Shown here one piece after another: positions 1-8,571 of a stretch of DNA of 64,000 nt. Location of the stretch: assembly GCF_039920825.1 (NCBI RefSeq), contig NZ_JBDSCX010000003.1:25385-89384 (forward strand), written 5' to 3'. A program made the position numbers and the translations under genes. Each line of letters starts with the position of its first letter. The stretch's first letter is position 1. The notes beneath the pieces are model-generated. The model was not told the DNA's origin. It worked only from the letters and a program-made list of their open reading frames with translations, and did not search any database. The DNA comes from Luteolibacter sp. GTDB taxonomy: Bacteria > Verrucomicrobiota > Verrucomicrobiia > Verrucomicrobiales > Akkermansiaceae.

Positions 1-1
1 T

Positions 2-730
2 CGCCTTCGCCGCGGGCAATCGGGTAAATGCCGTGTTAAGCATCTCATTGCTTGAACTGTCGACCTCCGCAACAATGTCCGACGTTTCGAGATTTCCTGC
101 CAGGACGCCTTGCACGATCATGGAGGTCAGATGCTGCGAATCGAGACCTGCCGCGCGCAGTTGCCCGATGTCGTCGCGGGTTACATTGAGAGGAGCTCCC
201 GCCTGACTCCCCATCATCAAAGTCCCGACCGCTCCGCTGATCGCCGCACGATGAAGGTCTTTTTCTTGAATGGAGGCGGCGGCGTCGAAGATGCTTTTCA
301 GGTCGGAGAATTGAGCCCGCATGAAGGCATTTTGGACGATGCTCTCGGAATAGTAGCCGGGAGGAAGCTGGGAAATGAGATCGTAGATCCGGGCATCTCC
401 ATTCCGCAGCATCTGTGTCAGGTTGTTCTCCAGTTTTTCCGCACCTTCGGATTCGGGCGTGAGCTTCTTTTCCTGGATGATCTGGCTTGCGGATTGAAAT
501 ATTTCCTCCAGCGCGGCTGCGGAAGGCGGTTGGTTTTCCGCGATGGCGGCCTCCTTCATTTCGCGCATGCTTTTTTCGGCAAGCAGACGTTCTCGGGACA
601 ATTGTTCCGAGGCACGTTCCGACTTTCCGGGCCGGCTGCGGTCTGGTGTGGCCGTCTTACGCTCAGCTTTGTCGCAGGATGAAAGACATGCACCTGCCGC
701 GAGGATGACGCAAAGAGTAAGATGTTTCAT
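2..730 (-). CDS. Hypothetical lipoprotein, 3' end runs off the window start (absent from the ORF track)
   Basis: Translated by hand from ATG at 730: MKHLTLCVILAAGACLSSCDKAERK..., lipobox LSSC. The frame stays open to position 2. The + ORF 110..682 is its antisense shadow. Confidence 0.75.
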   Translation of the reverse strand, partial: MKHLTLCVILAAGACLSSCDKAERKTATPDRSRPGKSERASEQLSRERLLAEKSMREMKEAAIAENQPPSAAALEEIFQSASQIIQEKKLTPESEGAEKLENNLTQMLRNGDARIYDLISQLPPGYYSESIVQNAFMRAQFSDLKSIFDAAASIQEKDLHRAAISGAVGTLMMGSQAGAPLNVTRDDIGQLRAAGLDSQHLTSMIVQGVLAGNLETSDIVAEVDSSSNEMLNTAFTRLPAAKA

Positions 731-973
731 GGTCGGGAGAAGCGGGGAAAGAATAGTTGGAGCTGGCGAAAGGCCGATTGGGTTGGGGACGCGCGGAGGA
801 AAATGGGGCGCTCGATTTTCCCGATGCCGAGGGCGTCGGGGTGGTCGTGAAGTCGTTGATGGAATACATGTAACATCCCGCGCGGATTGTGGTAGGAGAA
901 CCACATTTTGCGGGCAGTTCGGGGTTTTTCCACCCGGATTGACAACTTGGAGCCCGCACCGCATCTTTCGCCC

Positions 974-2080
974 ATGGTATCCGAGAAGCCAAGCGTGCTG
1001 ATGGGCAGGCAACCGCCGGTTTTCGCAATTTCCTGCTGGGCACTGGGGCTGATCGCCTTTTCCCAGTTGTTGATTGCAGGAATGGCGCTGGCCACGCGTT
1101 TCGAGGAGTCGCAAGTGGTGAAAGAGGTCATCAAGGTGGTTAATAAACCATACGTCGTGCGGGTTCCCGCGGCCCAACCCGAGCCTGAGCCGGCACGTGC
1201 GACCCCGTCCCTCACTTATCGGCCGACCGCGGTGATGGCCCCGGCGGAGACGCAACTCCTGCCTGCGCCGACGCCCGTCTCGACACCGAAAATCGCCGAT
1301 CCGCGCACCGAGCGGCTCGTCACCGAGGCCAAAAAAGCCCGCGTCGCCGGTGACATGGGACTGGCGATCATGAAACTGGAAGAGGCGCTCAACCAATCGC
1401 CGGATGACCCGAACGTGCATTACGAACTCGGCCTTGTCCACGAGCTGATGGGCGTTTTCGACACGGCCGCCGCCCATTTTGAAAAGGTCTATCAGATGGG
1501 TTCGGATGCTGGCTCGCTTTATGAACTTGCGGCGGGGAAACTGAAGGAAGGCTTCACGCAGCCCGACGATCACGGGAAGGTCTCGCTTGCCAGGATCCGC
1601 GTGTTCCAGAATCCTGACAAGGTGGACGGTGAGAAGGTCATCTTGACGATCCCGTTGCAGAAGGCGCCGGGTGAGGAAATCGATACCGGCGAACTGAAAG
1701 TCGTGCCCTACTTTTTCAACCGCACGTCCAAGGGCGAGATCGTCCAGTTGGAACCGCAGGAGGAATCCTGGGTGGTTTACCAGTGGATGTCGCTGCCGTT
1801 CGACTGGGCCAATGGCGAGGAAACCCTGCGAATCACCTACACCATTCCGCCGCAGGACCAGCAAACGGAACATCTTTTCGGCGAACGCACCTACTACGGC
1901 CAGGTCGTTTCGCTGCTCTACAAGGGCGAGGTGCTTGACGTGCAGGCGTGGCCGCCGTCACTCGCGGCGAAAATTCCCCAGGCACCCGCGGCGAATCCGC
2001 AACTGCCGGAATTCCAGGACGCCTTGCCTAACGAATTTGATCCGAACCTGCCGCTTCTGCCACCGCTTCCGATCAAGTGA
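974..2080 (+). CDS. Membrane-anchored TPR-containing hypothetical protein
   Basis: N-terminal TM (WALGLIAFSQLLIAGMAL), Pro/Ala linker, TPR-like helices (AIMKLEEALNQSPDDPNVHYELGLVHELMGVFDTAAAHFEKV). ATG 974 preferred over ORF start 908. Confidence 0.7.
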   Translation: MVSEKPSVLMGRQPPVFAISCWALGLIAFSQLLIAGMALATRFEESQVVKEVIKVVNKPYVVRVPAAQPEPEPARATPSLTYRPTAVMAPAETQLLPAPTPVSTPKIADPRTERLVTEAKKARVAGDMGLAIMKLEEALNQSPDDPNVHYELGLVHELMGVFDTAAAHFEKVYQMGSDAGSLYELAAGKLKEGFTQPDDHGKVSLARIRVFQNPDKVDGEKVILTIPLQKAPGEEIDTGELKVVPYFFNRTSKGEIVQLEPQEESWVVYQWMSLPFDWANGEETLRITYTIPPQDQQTEHLFGERTYYGQVVSLLYKGEVLDVQAWPPSLAAKIPQAPAANPQLPEFQDALPNEFDPNLPLLPPLPIK

Positions 2081-2105
2081 TTTTCCCTGACGCTGTTCCT
2101 CATCC

Positions 2106-3590
2106 ATGAATCCCGCCTCCGCCGAACGCCAACTGGGTGAATACCGCCTCAAGCAACTTCTCGCAGAAGATTCCGTTTCCCGGACCTGGCTGGCGGAGCA
2201 GGTTTCCGTTTCGCGCCTGGTCCTCGTCGATGAACTTCTCGATGAGAATCAACGCGATGCTTTTCTAGCAGATGTGCGGATGAAGGCCTCGGTCGATCAT
2301 CCGTTGATCGGCTCGGTGTATGAAGCCGTCGCGGAGCCGGGACTTTGTTTTTACGCCCACGAGCTCCTCGCCGGAGCCACCCTTGAGGAGCGGGCATATG
2401 CCGGCGAGACGTTTCTCCCTGCCCGGTTGGCACATATCCTGCGCCGGGTTTCCGAGGCAGAACTCCAACACGAAACGCTCGGCCACGCGACCTCGCCGGT
2501 GGGGCTGGATGTCGTCCATCTCGACGAGCACGGCGTCATCCGAATGAAAAATCTGGCGGTCGCCGGAGTCCGTTCCGAAGAACAGTCGGCCAGTGATGTC
2601 ATCTATTTGGGAAATGCCCTCGTCCCCTTGATCGCCAGCGGCCAACCCGGTGCCACCCGCTTGATGACCTTGCTCGGTTGGATGCGGGGCGAGGGCCTCG
2701 ACGCTCCGATCGCCTGGGGCCAAATCCGCGATTTCTGCATGCAGATCGAGCATCAGCTCGCCGATTCGCTTTCCAAACTGACGCCTACCGAGTCAGTTTC
2801 AATCGTACGGAAAAAGCCCGTCACCACCATGGTGTTGGTTACCTTAGGGGTTCTCGTTGCCATCGTTTTCATGGCCTTTAGTCTGCGGCCACCCGAGCCC
2901 GCAGCTCCTCCCCGTGCCAGCCTGCCACCGCCGGTGATGATCGCCGCGGGAAATCATCCCACGCCGGATGGGTTGGAAGAACCTCTTCCCGCGTTCCGCA
3001 TTTCTGCTAACGAAATCACCATTGGCCAGTACGCCGAGTTTCTCGAAACACTCACGATCCTTGCGAAGAACAACAACGAGAAGACCTTCGACCTCCCCGG
3101 TCAGCCCGCCGAAAAAACCTCGCACCTTCCCGATGACTGGGCCGCCCTTTACGCCGCTGCGAAATCCAACGGCACCTGGCATGATCTAGCAGTTTCTCCC
3201 GACTCGCCGGTCGTCGGTGTCGACTGGTGGGACGCCGCCACCTACGCCGAGTGGAAAAAAGCCCGCTTGCCAACGCAGGAGGAATGGTTCGCCGCGCTCA
3301 GTGCCGGTGTGAAGACCCCGTCCGCCATCGAGCCTTCCACGTGGGCATCCGTCACCGCTCCCACTGCCGATCGCACGCCGTCCGGTCTCATCGGCATGGC
3401 CGGCTCCGTGAGCGAGTGGACCGCCAAACCCGCCGCCAATCCCGCCAACCCGTTAGGTGGCAAACATTCGGTCATCATCGGCGGCTCCTATCTGAAACCG
3501 GGCAGCAACGCCCTCTCCCGCGAATGGATCGATGACCGCACCCTCCGCCGCTCCGACCTCGGCTTCCGAGTGGTGTTCGATGCGGAGTGA
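2106..3590 (+). CDS. Degenerate Ser/Thr kinase-like domain + TM + FGE-sulfatase (SUMF1/EgtB/PvdO) domain protein
   Basis: LGEYRLKQLL...DHPLIGSVYEA kinase N-lobe pattern. C-terminal FRISANEITIGQYAEFL, PVVGVDWWDAATYAEW..ARLPTQEEW, GMAGSVSEW, GFRVV. Confidence 0.8.
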   Translation: MNPASAERQLGEYRLKQLLAEDSVSRTWLAEQVSVSRLVLVDELLDENQRDAFLADVRMKASVDHPLIGSVYEAVAEPGLCFYAHELLAGATLEERAYAGETFLPARLAHILRRVSEAELQHETLGHATSPVGLDVVHLDEHGVIRMKNLAVAGVRSEEQSASDVIYLGNALVPLIASGQPGATRLMTLLGWMRGEGLDAPIAWGQIRDFCMQIEHQLADSLSKLTPTESVSIVRKKPVTTMVLVTLGVLVAIVFMAFSLRPPEPAAPPRASLPPPVMIAAGNHPTPDGLEEPLPAFRISANEITIGQYAEFLETLTILAKNNNEKTFDLPGQPAEKTSHLPDDWAALYAAAKSNGTWHDLAVSPDSPVVGVDWWDAATYAEWKKARLPTQEEWFAALSAGVKTPSAIEPSTWASVTAPTADRTPSGLIGMAGSVSEWTAKPAANPANPLGGKHSVIIGGSYLKPGSNALSREWIDDRTLRRSDLGFRVVFDAE

Positions 3591-3599
3591 TGAGACAGC

Positions 3600-4094
3600 T
3601 CACTTCTTCGGCCACGGCAACGGTTTGCCCGTTTCCAACACGGTCTTCAACGACGACGCGATTCCCGGCCAACCGCCGGAGATGTCGGCGTAAGTCTGGT
3701 TTTCTATAGCGAAGCCGGAATGCGTGATGCGGAGGGAACACATGGCGTCGCCAATGGCTTTGATCTCGTAGGTGACCGTGGTGTCCGGATCTTCGGAGCC
3801 CGCGAAGTGGAAGGTATGGGATAGTTTCTTCGGCTCGTCGATTTCGGTGATGATTCCCGAGATCAGCTCGGAGTCCTTTGTGCCGTAGGCGATTTTGCCG
3901 CCCTTTTTCAACTCAAGCGTGGCAAGCGGAGCCATGTAGTAGCGGTCGATCATTTCCTTTCGAGTCAGGGCGTTCCAAACGTCCTGAGCCGGCTTGGCGA
4001 TGAAGAGGGTGTAATTGAATTCAGGTTTCATCGCGGGTTCGGCTGCAAACGTGGTCGCGGCGATCAGTTGGATGGGGAGGAGGTAGCGCAACAT
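3600..4094 (-). CDS. SRPBCC/AHSA1-like START-fold protein with signal peptide
   Basis: IAKPAQDVWNALT, TTVTYEI, LRITHSGF, GGWPGIASSLKTVLETG. Likely start MLRYLLP at 4094. Confidence 0.8.
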   Translation of the reverse strand: MLRYLLPIQLIAATTFAAEPAMKPEFNYTLFIAKPAQDVWNALTRKEMIDRYYMAPLATLELKKGGKIAYGTKDSELISGIITEIDEPKKLSHTFHFAGSEDPDTTVTYEIKAIGDAMCSLRITHSGFAIENQTYADISGGWPGIASSLKTVLETGKPLPWPKK

Positions 4095-4131
4095 GACGGT
4101 TGGAGGAGTCCGACTACTACACGGCCCGCAA

Positions 4132-4171
4132 GCTGCCGGCAACATTCGTGTTAGGAATCGGTGAAATCCGG
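4132..4171. repeat. 40-bp direct repeat, copy 1
   Basis: gctgccggcaacattcgtgttaggaatcggtgaaatccgg, 39/40 identical to 4919..4958. Confidence 0.95.
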
Positions 4172-4200
4172 TGATATGCGCTACCGGAACTCCTTGCTCT

Positions 4201-4659
4201 TTAAGAGGGATTCTTCTTCTTTGCCCGTGCGATCTCCGACATGTCGTGAAGATCTTGGGGCCGACCCGCCAAGGTTTTGGCCACGATCAGGGCATCGCAA
4301 CCCAGGAAGAAAATCGGGAACCCTTCTTCTTCCTCAGTGCTTTTCGTTTCCCAGCAATCGGCGAAAACAAGACCGGGAAGTGATGTTAGGAAATCGAAGA
4401 GCACGGGAGAACGGCCCACCATGTACTGCAGTCCTTCGTTGGCGAAATCCGCAGGCGTCACATCAATCAGTGGCATTCCGAATTCTTGAAAAACCTTCAT
4501 GACCTGGCGGGAATTTTGCTCAGTGGCTTCGAGCCAGAGATCAATGTCCTTGGTGAATCTCGGTTGGGAATAATGCATCGCGGCATATCCACCCACGATC
4601 AGATACCGCACTTCATGCGCGGCGAACAGACGTAACAGATCGCGAAAATCGGAGTTCAT
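4201..4659 (-). CDS. Nucleotidyltransferase family protein (DUF6036/MNT-like)
   Basis: YLIVGGYAAMHYSQPRFTKDIDLW (GG...DxD), LIVAKTLAGRPQDLHD. Start MNSDFRDLL at 4659. Confidence 0.85.
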   Translation of the reverse strand: MNSDFRDLLRLFAAHEVRYLIVGGYAAMHYSQPRFTKDIDLWLEATEQNSRQVMKVFQEFGMPLIDVTPADFANEGLQYMVGRSPVLFDFLTSLPGLVFADCWETKSTEEEEGFPIFFLGCDALIVAKTLAGRPQDLHDMSEIARAKKKNPS

Positions 4660-4768
4660 CGGGGTCGAGTTTGTTCGCCTGCCAATATTCAAGCACCAGC
4701 TCCCATGCCGCCTGGCGGATCACCGCGCCGCCTTGGGCCTGCCAGAACAGGATGTTCTGTGTCCGCAT
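4613..4768 (-). CDS. Small (~51 aa) partner protein upstream of and overlapping the nucleotidyltransferase
   Basis: MRTQNILFWQAQGGAVIRQAAWELVLEYWQANKLDPDELRFSRSVTSVRRA is the C-terminal part of ORF 4613..5251. It resembles small proteins I recall preceding such NTases. Confidence 0.6.
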   Translation of the reverse strand: MRTQNILFWQAQGGAVIRQAAWELVLEYWQANKLDPDELRFSRSVTSVRRA

Positions 4769-4918
4769 GTCGTCCAAGCTGGAACACCTGACGGCAGTCC
4801 ACTCGCTTTTGGACGGGGTGCTGGCGACATTTGACACGCCAGCATGGTATCGCGACCGGACATGGATGCAAGGCGGTATTGGCCGCTCTTCAGCCGCAAA
4901 TCTCCCGGTTCTCCGGCG

Positions 4919-4958
4919 GCTGCCGGCAACATTCGTGTTAGGAATCGGTAAAATCCGG
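4919..4958. repeat. 40-bp direct repeat, copy 2
   Basis: gctgccggcaacattcgtgttaggaatcggtaaaatccgg. Confidence 0.95.
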
Positions 4959-5024
4959 GGTGCTGTGTTAAGCTTGGGTAAAGTTGATTGCCTTGGGCGG
5001 AGTGGCGGGTGTTTGAATCGTGGC

Positions 5025-6404
5025 ATGAAGCGATCAACGACATTCGCCATTGTTGCGGGCTCTGTGGGTCTTGCCGCCATTTCAAATGCCCAGTTGCCCA
5101 CTTCGTCCTCCCTCGCGATCAGCCCCGGCGGCGCGGGCTTCCGCATGGAGCTGTCCGACCCCGGAAACCACGCGTGGCGGATGGAGCAGTCCGCCAACCT
5201 CCGCGATTGGACGCTGGTCACCACAACCAAGGTGCACAACGGCCGCTTCATCTATCAATGGGCCGCAGGTTCGGGAAATACCTACTATCGCGCGGGCTAC
5301 GATGCCAACGTGCAGAACCTTACCAGCACGCTGCTGACCGCGGTGAAGCTCGCGGCGACTCCGGCGAACTATTCCGTCATCCCACTTCCTCCGCACCTGC
5401 TGAACGGGCAGATCGCCGGGCAGAACAACACGCCGGCCACCAACCCGACGACCGATCCCGGAGCCGAGCTGGGCCGCGTGCTTTTCTATGACAAGCGGTT
5501 GTCCTTCAACCAAACCGTTTCCTGCTCGTCATGCCATCAGGCCGAACATGGATTTTCCGACCCTCGTCCGTTCAGTCCGGGTTTCGCGGGCGGACTGACT
5601 TCGCGAAACTCGATGGGCCTGACCAGCGCCCGCTATTATGTTCGCGGCCATTTCTTCTGGGACGAGCGGGCGAACACACTTGAAGACCAAGTGCTTCAGC
5701 CGATCCAGAACAGTGTGGAAATGGGCATGACCTTGACGGCGCTCAACACCCGCCTTGCAGCCGAGCCGTTCTATGCGGATCTCTTCCAGCGGGCTTTCGG
5801 AACGACGGCGGTCACATCGAACCGCATCTCGCTGGCGCTCGCCCAGTTCGTGCGCTCGATCGTTTCCTATCAGACGAAGTTTGATCAGGGCGTGCCGGTG
5901 AATTTCAGCAACTTCACCTCGCAGGAAAACCTCGGCCGCCAAATTTTCAACGGCCAGGTTGGAAACGCCACCTGCAATGCCTGCCATGGCAGCGACAACT
6001 TCGTCCCGGGCAATGTCGTCAACAACAACGGCCTTGAAAATCCCTATATCGACAAGGGAATCGGCGAGCTAACAGGACTGCCGCAGGACGAGGGATTGTT
6101 CAAGGTGCCGTCGCTGCGCAATATCGCGCTCACCGCACCTTACATGCACGACGGACGGTTCGCGACGCTGGAGCAGGTGGTGGAATTCTATAACTCCGGA
6201 GTCGTCGCCCATCCGAACCTCTCCGTTCCGTTGCGGGCCGGCCCGCCACCCGGCCCCGGCCAGCCACCGCCGCCCGCGGTGCCGCTCCGGTTGAATCTAA
6301 CCGCAGGACAGAAGGCCGCGCTCGTCGATTTCCTCAAGACCCTGACGGACACGGCCGTGACGACCGATCCGAAATTCCAAGATCCTTTCAACTACGGCCA
6401 GTAG
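5025..6404 (+). CDS. Di-heme cytochrome c peroxidase (CCP/MauG family), secreted
   Basis: Two CxxCH motifs (CSSCH, CNACH), LGRVLFYDKRLS, FFWDERA, FKVPSLRNIALTAPYMHDGRFATLEQVVEFY. Signal peptide from ATG 5025. Confidence 0.92.
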   Translation: MKRSTTFAIVAGSVGLAAISNAQLPTSSSLAISPGGAGFRMELSDPGNHAWRMEQSANLRDWTLVTTTKVHNGRFIYQWAAGSGNTYYRAGYDANVQNLTSTLLTAVKLAATPANYSVIPLPPHLLNGQIAGQNNTPATNPTTDPGAELGRVLFYDKRLSFNQTVSCSSCHQAEHGFSDPRPFSPGFAGGLTSRNSMGLTSARYYVRGHFFWDERANTLEDQVLQPIQNSVEMGMTLTALNTRLAAEPFYADLFQRAFGTTAVTSNRISLALAQFVRSIVSYQTKFDQGVPVNFSNFTSQENLGRQIFNGQVGNATCNACHGSDNFVPGNVVNNNGLENPYIDKGIGELTGLPQDEGLFKVPSLRNIALTAPYMHDGRFATLEQVVEFYNSGVVAHPNLSVPLRAGPPPGPGQPPPPAVPLRLNLTAGQKAALVDFLKTLTDTAVTTDPKFQDPFNYGQ

Positions 6405-6408
6405 AGGC

Positions 6409-7236
6409 TCACTTCGCTGCGGCAGGCTCGTATCCGGCGGCGGGCTTGCCGTCCTTGTCGAGCTTGTTGCAGGTCCAAAGCAGGCCGCGGGTCACGAGAT
6501 CGAGATAACGCGTGTCGGAAACCGTTTCGTTGTTATGGCCGAGGGTGGTTGAAAAAACGCGGGTCTTCTTGTCACCGTATTCATTGGTCCAGACGATGAC
6601 GGTTTCCGAGTCACCCTGTTTGCCCTTGGCAAGAGCCTTGGCGCTGTCGTGGACGCGGATGTTGTTATAAAGCTCTTCCTTGATGGTGGTCCAATTTTCG
6701 AAACCCTTCGTGATCGGGCTTCCCGAATCGGTATAGCTGACCGCGATCGGCAATTGCGATCCGTGGCCGCTCGACTGAAGACCGAGATAGTCGAACCACA
6801 TCGCGCCCTCGGCACCATCGGCGAGAGGTTTTCCGAAATCCGGCGAGGTCCGGTAGCAATGCATGGCGCAATGGAGATTCACGCCGGGCACGCCCTTGCG
6901 GTGCGCGTCGAGGATGCGGTTGACGACGGCGGGATCCTTGATGTCGGCCGAGCACTCGTCGTGGATGATCACGTCGTAGCCTTCCGCCCAGTTTTCCTTT
7001 TCATAACAGGTGAAGGTCGCCTTGGTGCTCTTGTCGTCCGAATAACAGACATCGACCTGAATGTTGGTGCGCGCCTCGATGCCCGCTTCGAGAATGCCCT
7101 TCTGCACGCCGTAGTCGTGGCAGCATCCGCCGATGACCAGCAGGGCTTTGAGTGGTTTCGCGGCCGGTGCGGCGGAGGCGGAAAGGGTCATCGCGGCGGC
7201 GATGGCGGGGACGAGCAGTTTGAAGGTCGATTTCAT
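6409..7236 (-). CDS. ThuA-like domain protein, secreted
   Basis: ALLVIGGCCHDY, NLHCAMH, KEELYN, RVFSTTLGHN...YLDLVTRGLLW. Signal peptide. Confidence 0.85.
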   Translation of the reverse strand: MKSTFKLLVPAIAAAMTLSASAAPAAKPLKALLVIGGCCHDYGVQKGILEAGIEARTNIQVDVCYSDDKSTKATFTCYEKENWAEGYDVIIHDECSADIKDPAVVNRILDAHRKGVPGVNLHCAMHCYRTSPDFGKPLADGAEGAMWFDYLGLQSSGHGSQLPIAVSYTDSGSPITKGFENWTTIKEELYNNIRVHDSAKALAKGKQGDSETVIVWTNEYGDKKTRVFSTTLGHNNETVSDTRYLDLVTRGLLWTCNKLDKDGKPAAGYEPAAAK

Positions 7237-7363
7237 GAGATTGGTTTTAGGTTGGTGGGATTCAAGGTCTCCGGTGCGGGTGGCACAAGGAAAACAGACG
7301 GCAGGGATTACCGGAGGGCGGGCGGGGTTCTTTCGCCACCGGACCCTCCCATTTGGGTGAATT

Positions 7364-8455
7364 TCAGTCCTTTGCGCGAAACAACAATGGAGCGAAATCC
7401 CTGAGGTAGCTGCGCCAGACCGACCATTCGTGGGTGCCTTCGGTCAGCGTCCATTGCGAACGGATGCCGTGCTTTTCGAGAAGCGCGTGAAATTTCTCCG
7501 CGTCCTTGAGCAGAAAGTCGTCTTTGCCGATGGAAATCCACAGCAGTTTGATTTCGTCGTTCAGTTGTTTGTTACCAAGTCCCTTCGAAATCAGATCAGT
7601 GGGATCGGGGACGTAGGCGCTCATCCCGCCGATCCATGCGAACATATCCGGGTGATTGATTCCAATTTCCAAGGACTGCATGCCGCCCATCGAGAGACCG
7701 TTGATCGCGCGGCCGGCGGAAGTGGCGATCGTTCGATAACTTGAATCCACCAACGGCACCACCGAGCCGAGCACGTCCGCCTCGAACTTGACGAAGTTCG
7801 CCTTATGATCGCCCTCCTCCTCCTGCAGGTCGGCGTGCCCGTCCGGCATGACGATCAGCATCGGCAGCGCTTTTCCATCGGCGATCAGATTGTCCATGAT
7901 CAAATGGGCGTGGCCGAATTCCGTCCACGTGGCTTCGGTGTCACCGGTGCCATGGAACAGATAGAGAACCGGATAGTGGCGCTCGGTTTCCTGATCATAG
8001 CCGGGCGGCGTGTAAACCCGGACGTGGCGCAGGCGCTTCAGGGACTGGGAATAGTATTCGTGCAAATGAATCGTTCCATGGGGGACATCCCGCCACTGAT
8101 AGAAAAGAGGCGTGTTGGTGGTGATTTCCAGGGTGCTGGTGTCGGGGTTTACTTCCGGTTTCACCGCCGCGTTCGAAGGGTCGATCACCTGGTCGCCATC
8201 GACCATGAAACTGTAGTCATAGATCCCGGGATCCATCGGGCCCACCGTGACCGACCAGATGCCCTTCTTGTTTCGCTTCATTTCCACCAACGTGCGGCGG
8301 ATTCCCTTGAGCATCACGGTTTCGGCCGTCGGATCCTCGAAGCGGAAGGTCACCCGGTTGTCTTTCAGGATCTGCGGCGATTCCGGTGGCTCGGCCCCTT
8401 GCGCCGCCGTCAGCATGAGGACTGAAATCAGCGCGGGCAGAAACCTTGAAAACAT
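7364..8455 (-). CDS. Esterase (E-set/CBM48-like domain + alpha/beta hydrolase)
   Basis: YPVLYLFHG, nucleophile GLSMGG, GTHEW. N-terminal VTFRF...GIWSVTVGP...Y.FMVDG. Start MFSRFLP at 8455. Confidence 0.88.
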   Translation of the reverse strand: MFSRFLPALISVLMLTAAQGAEPPESPQILKDNRVTFRFEDPTAETVMLKGIRRTLVEMKRNKKGIWSVTVGPMDPGIYDYSFMVDGDQVIDPSNAAVKPEVNPDTSTLEITTNTPLFYQWRDVPHGTIHLHEYYSQSLKRLRHVRVYTPPGYDQETERHYPVLYLFHGTGDTEATWTEFGHAHLIMDNLIADGKALPMLIVMPDGHADLQEEEGDHKANFVKFEADVLGSVVPLVDSSYRTIATSAGRAINGLSMGGMQSLEIGINHPDMFAWIGGMSAYVPDPTDLISKGLGNKQLNDEIKLLWISIGKDDFLLKDAEKFHALLEKHGIRSQWTLTEGTHEWSVWRSYLRDFAPLLFRAKD

Positions 8456-8571
8456 GCGCCTACACAAATCCAATTCTCCGGGTTTTCCAGTCAATTTCCC
8501 GGTTTTGGCGGACAAGTTCGGAGGAGCAGGGATAAGGCTTGTCACGGGCAGACTGCTGTCAACAGTTAGTC

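Noticed and set aside
110-682. 190-aa + strand ORF and other long antisense ORFs (e.g. 14573..15415, 27513..28622, 54797..56380)
   Set aside because: They are in-register shadows of real genes on the opposite strand, expected in GC-rich DNA, and show no recognisable motifs.
4671-5024. Long N-terminal extension of the peroxidase ORF (and similar extensions on rapA, nth, folD, tolC)
   Set aside because: The extensions overlap other genes or promoters. Downstream ATGs give proper signal peptides or family N-termini.
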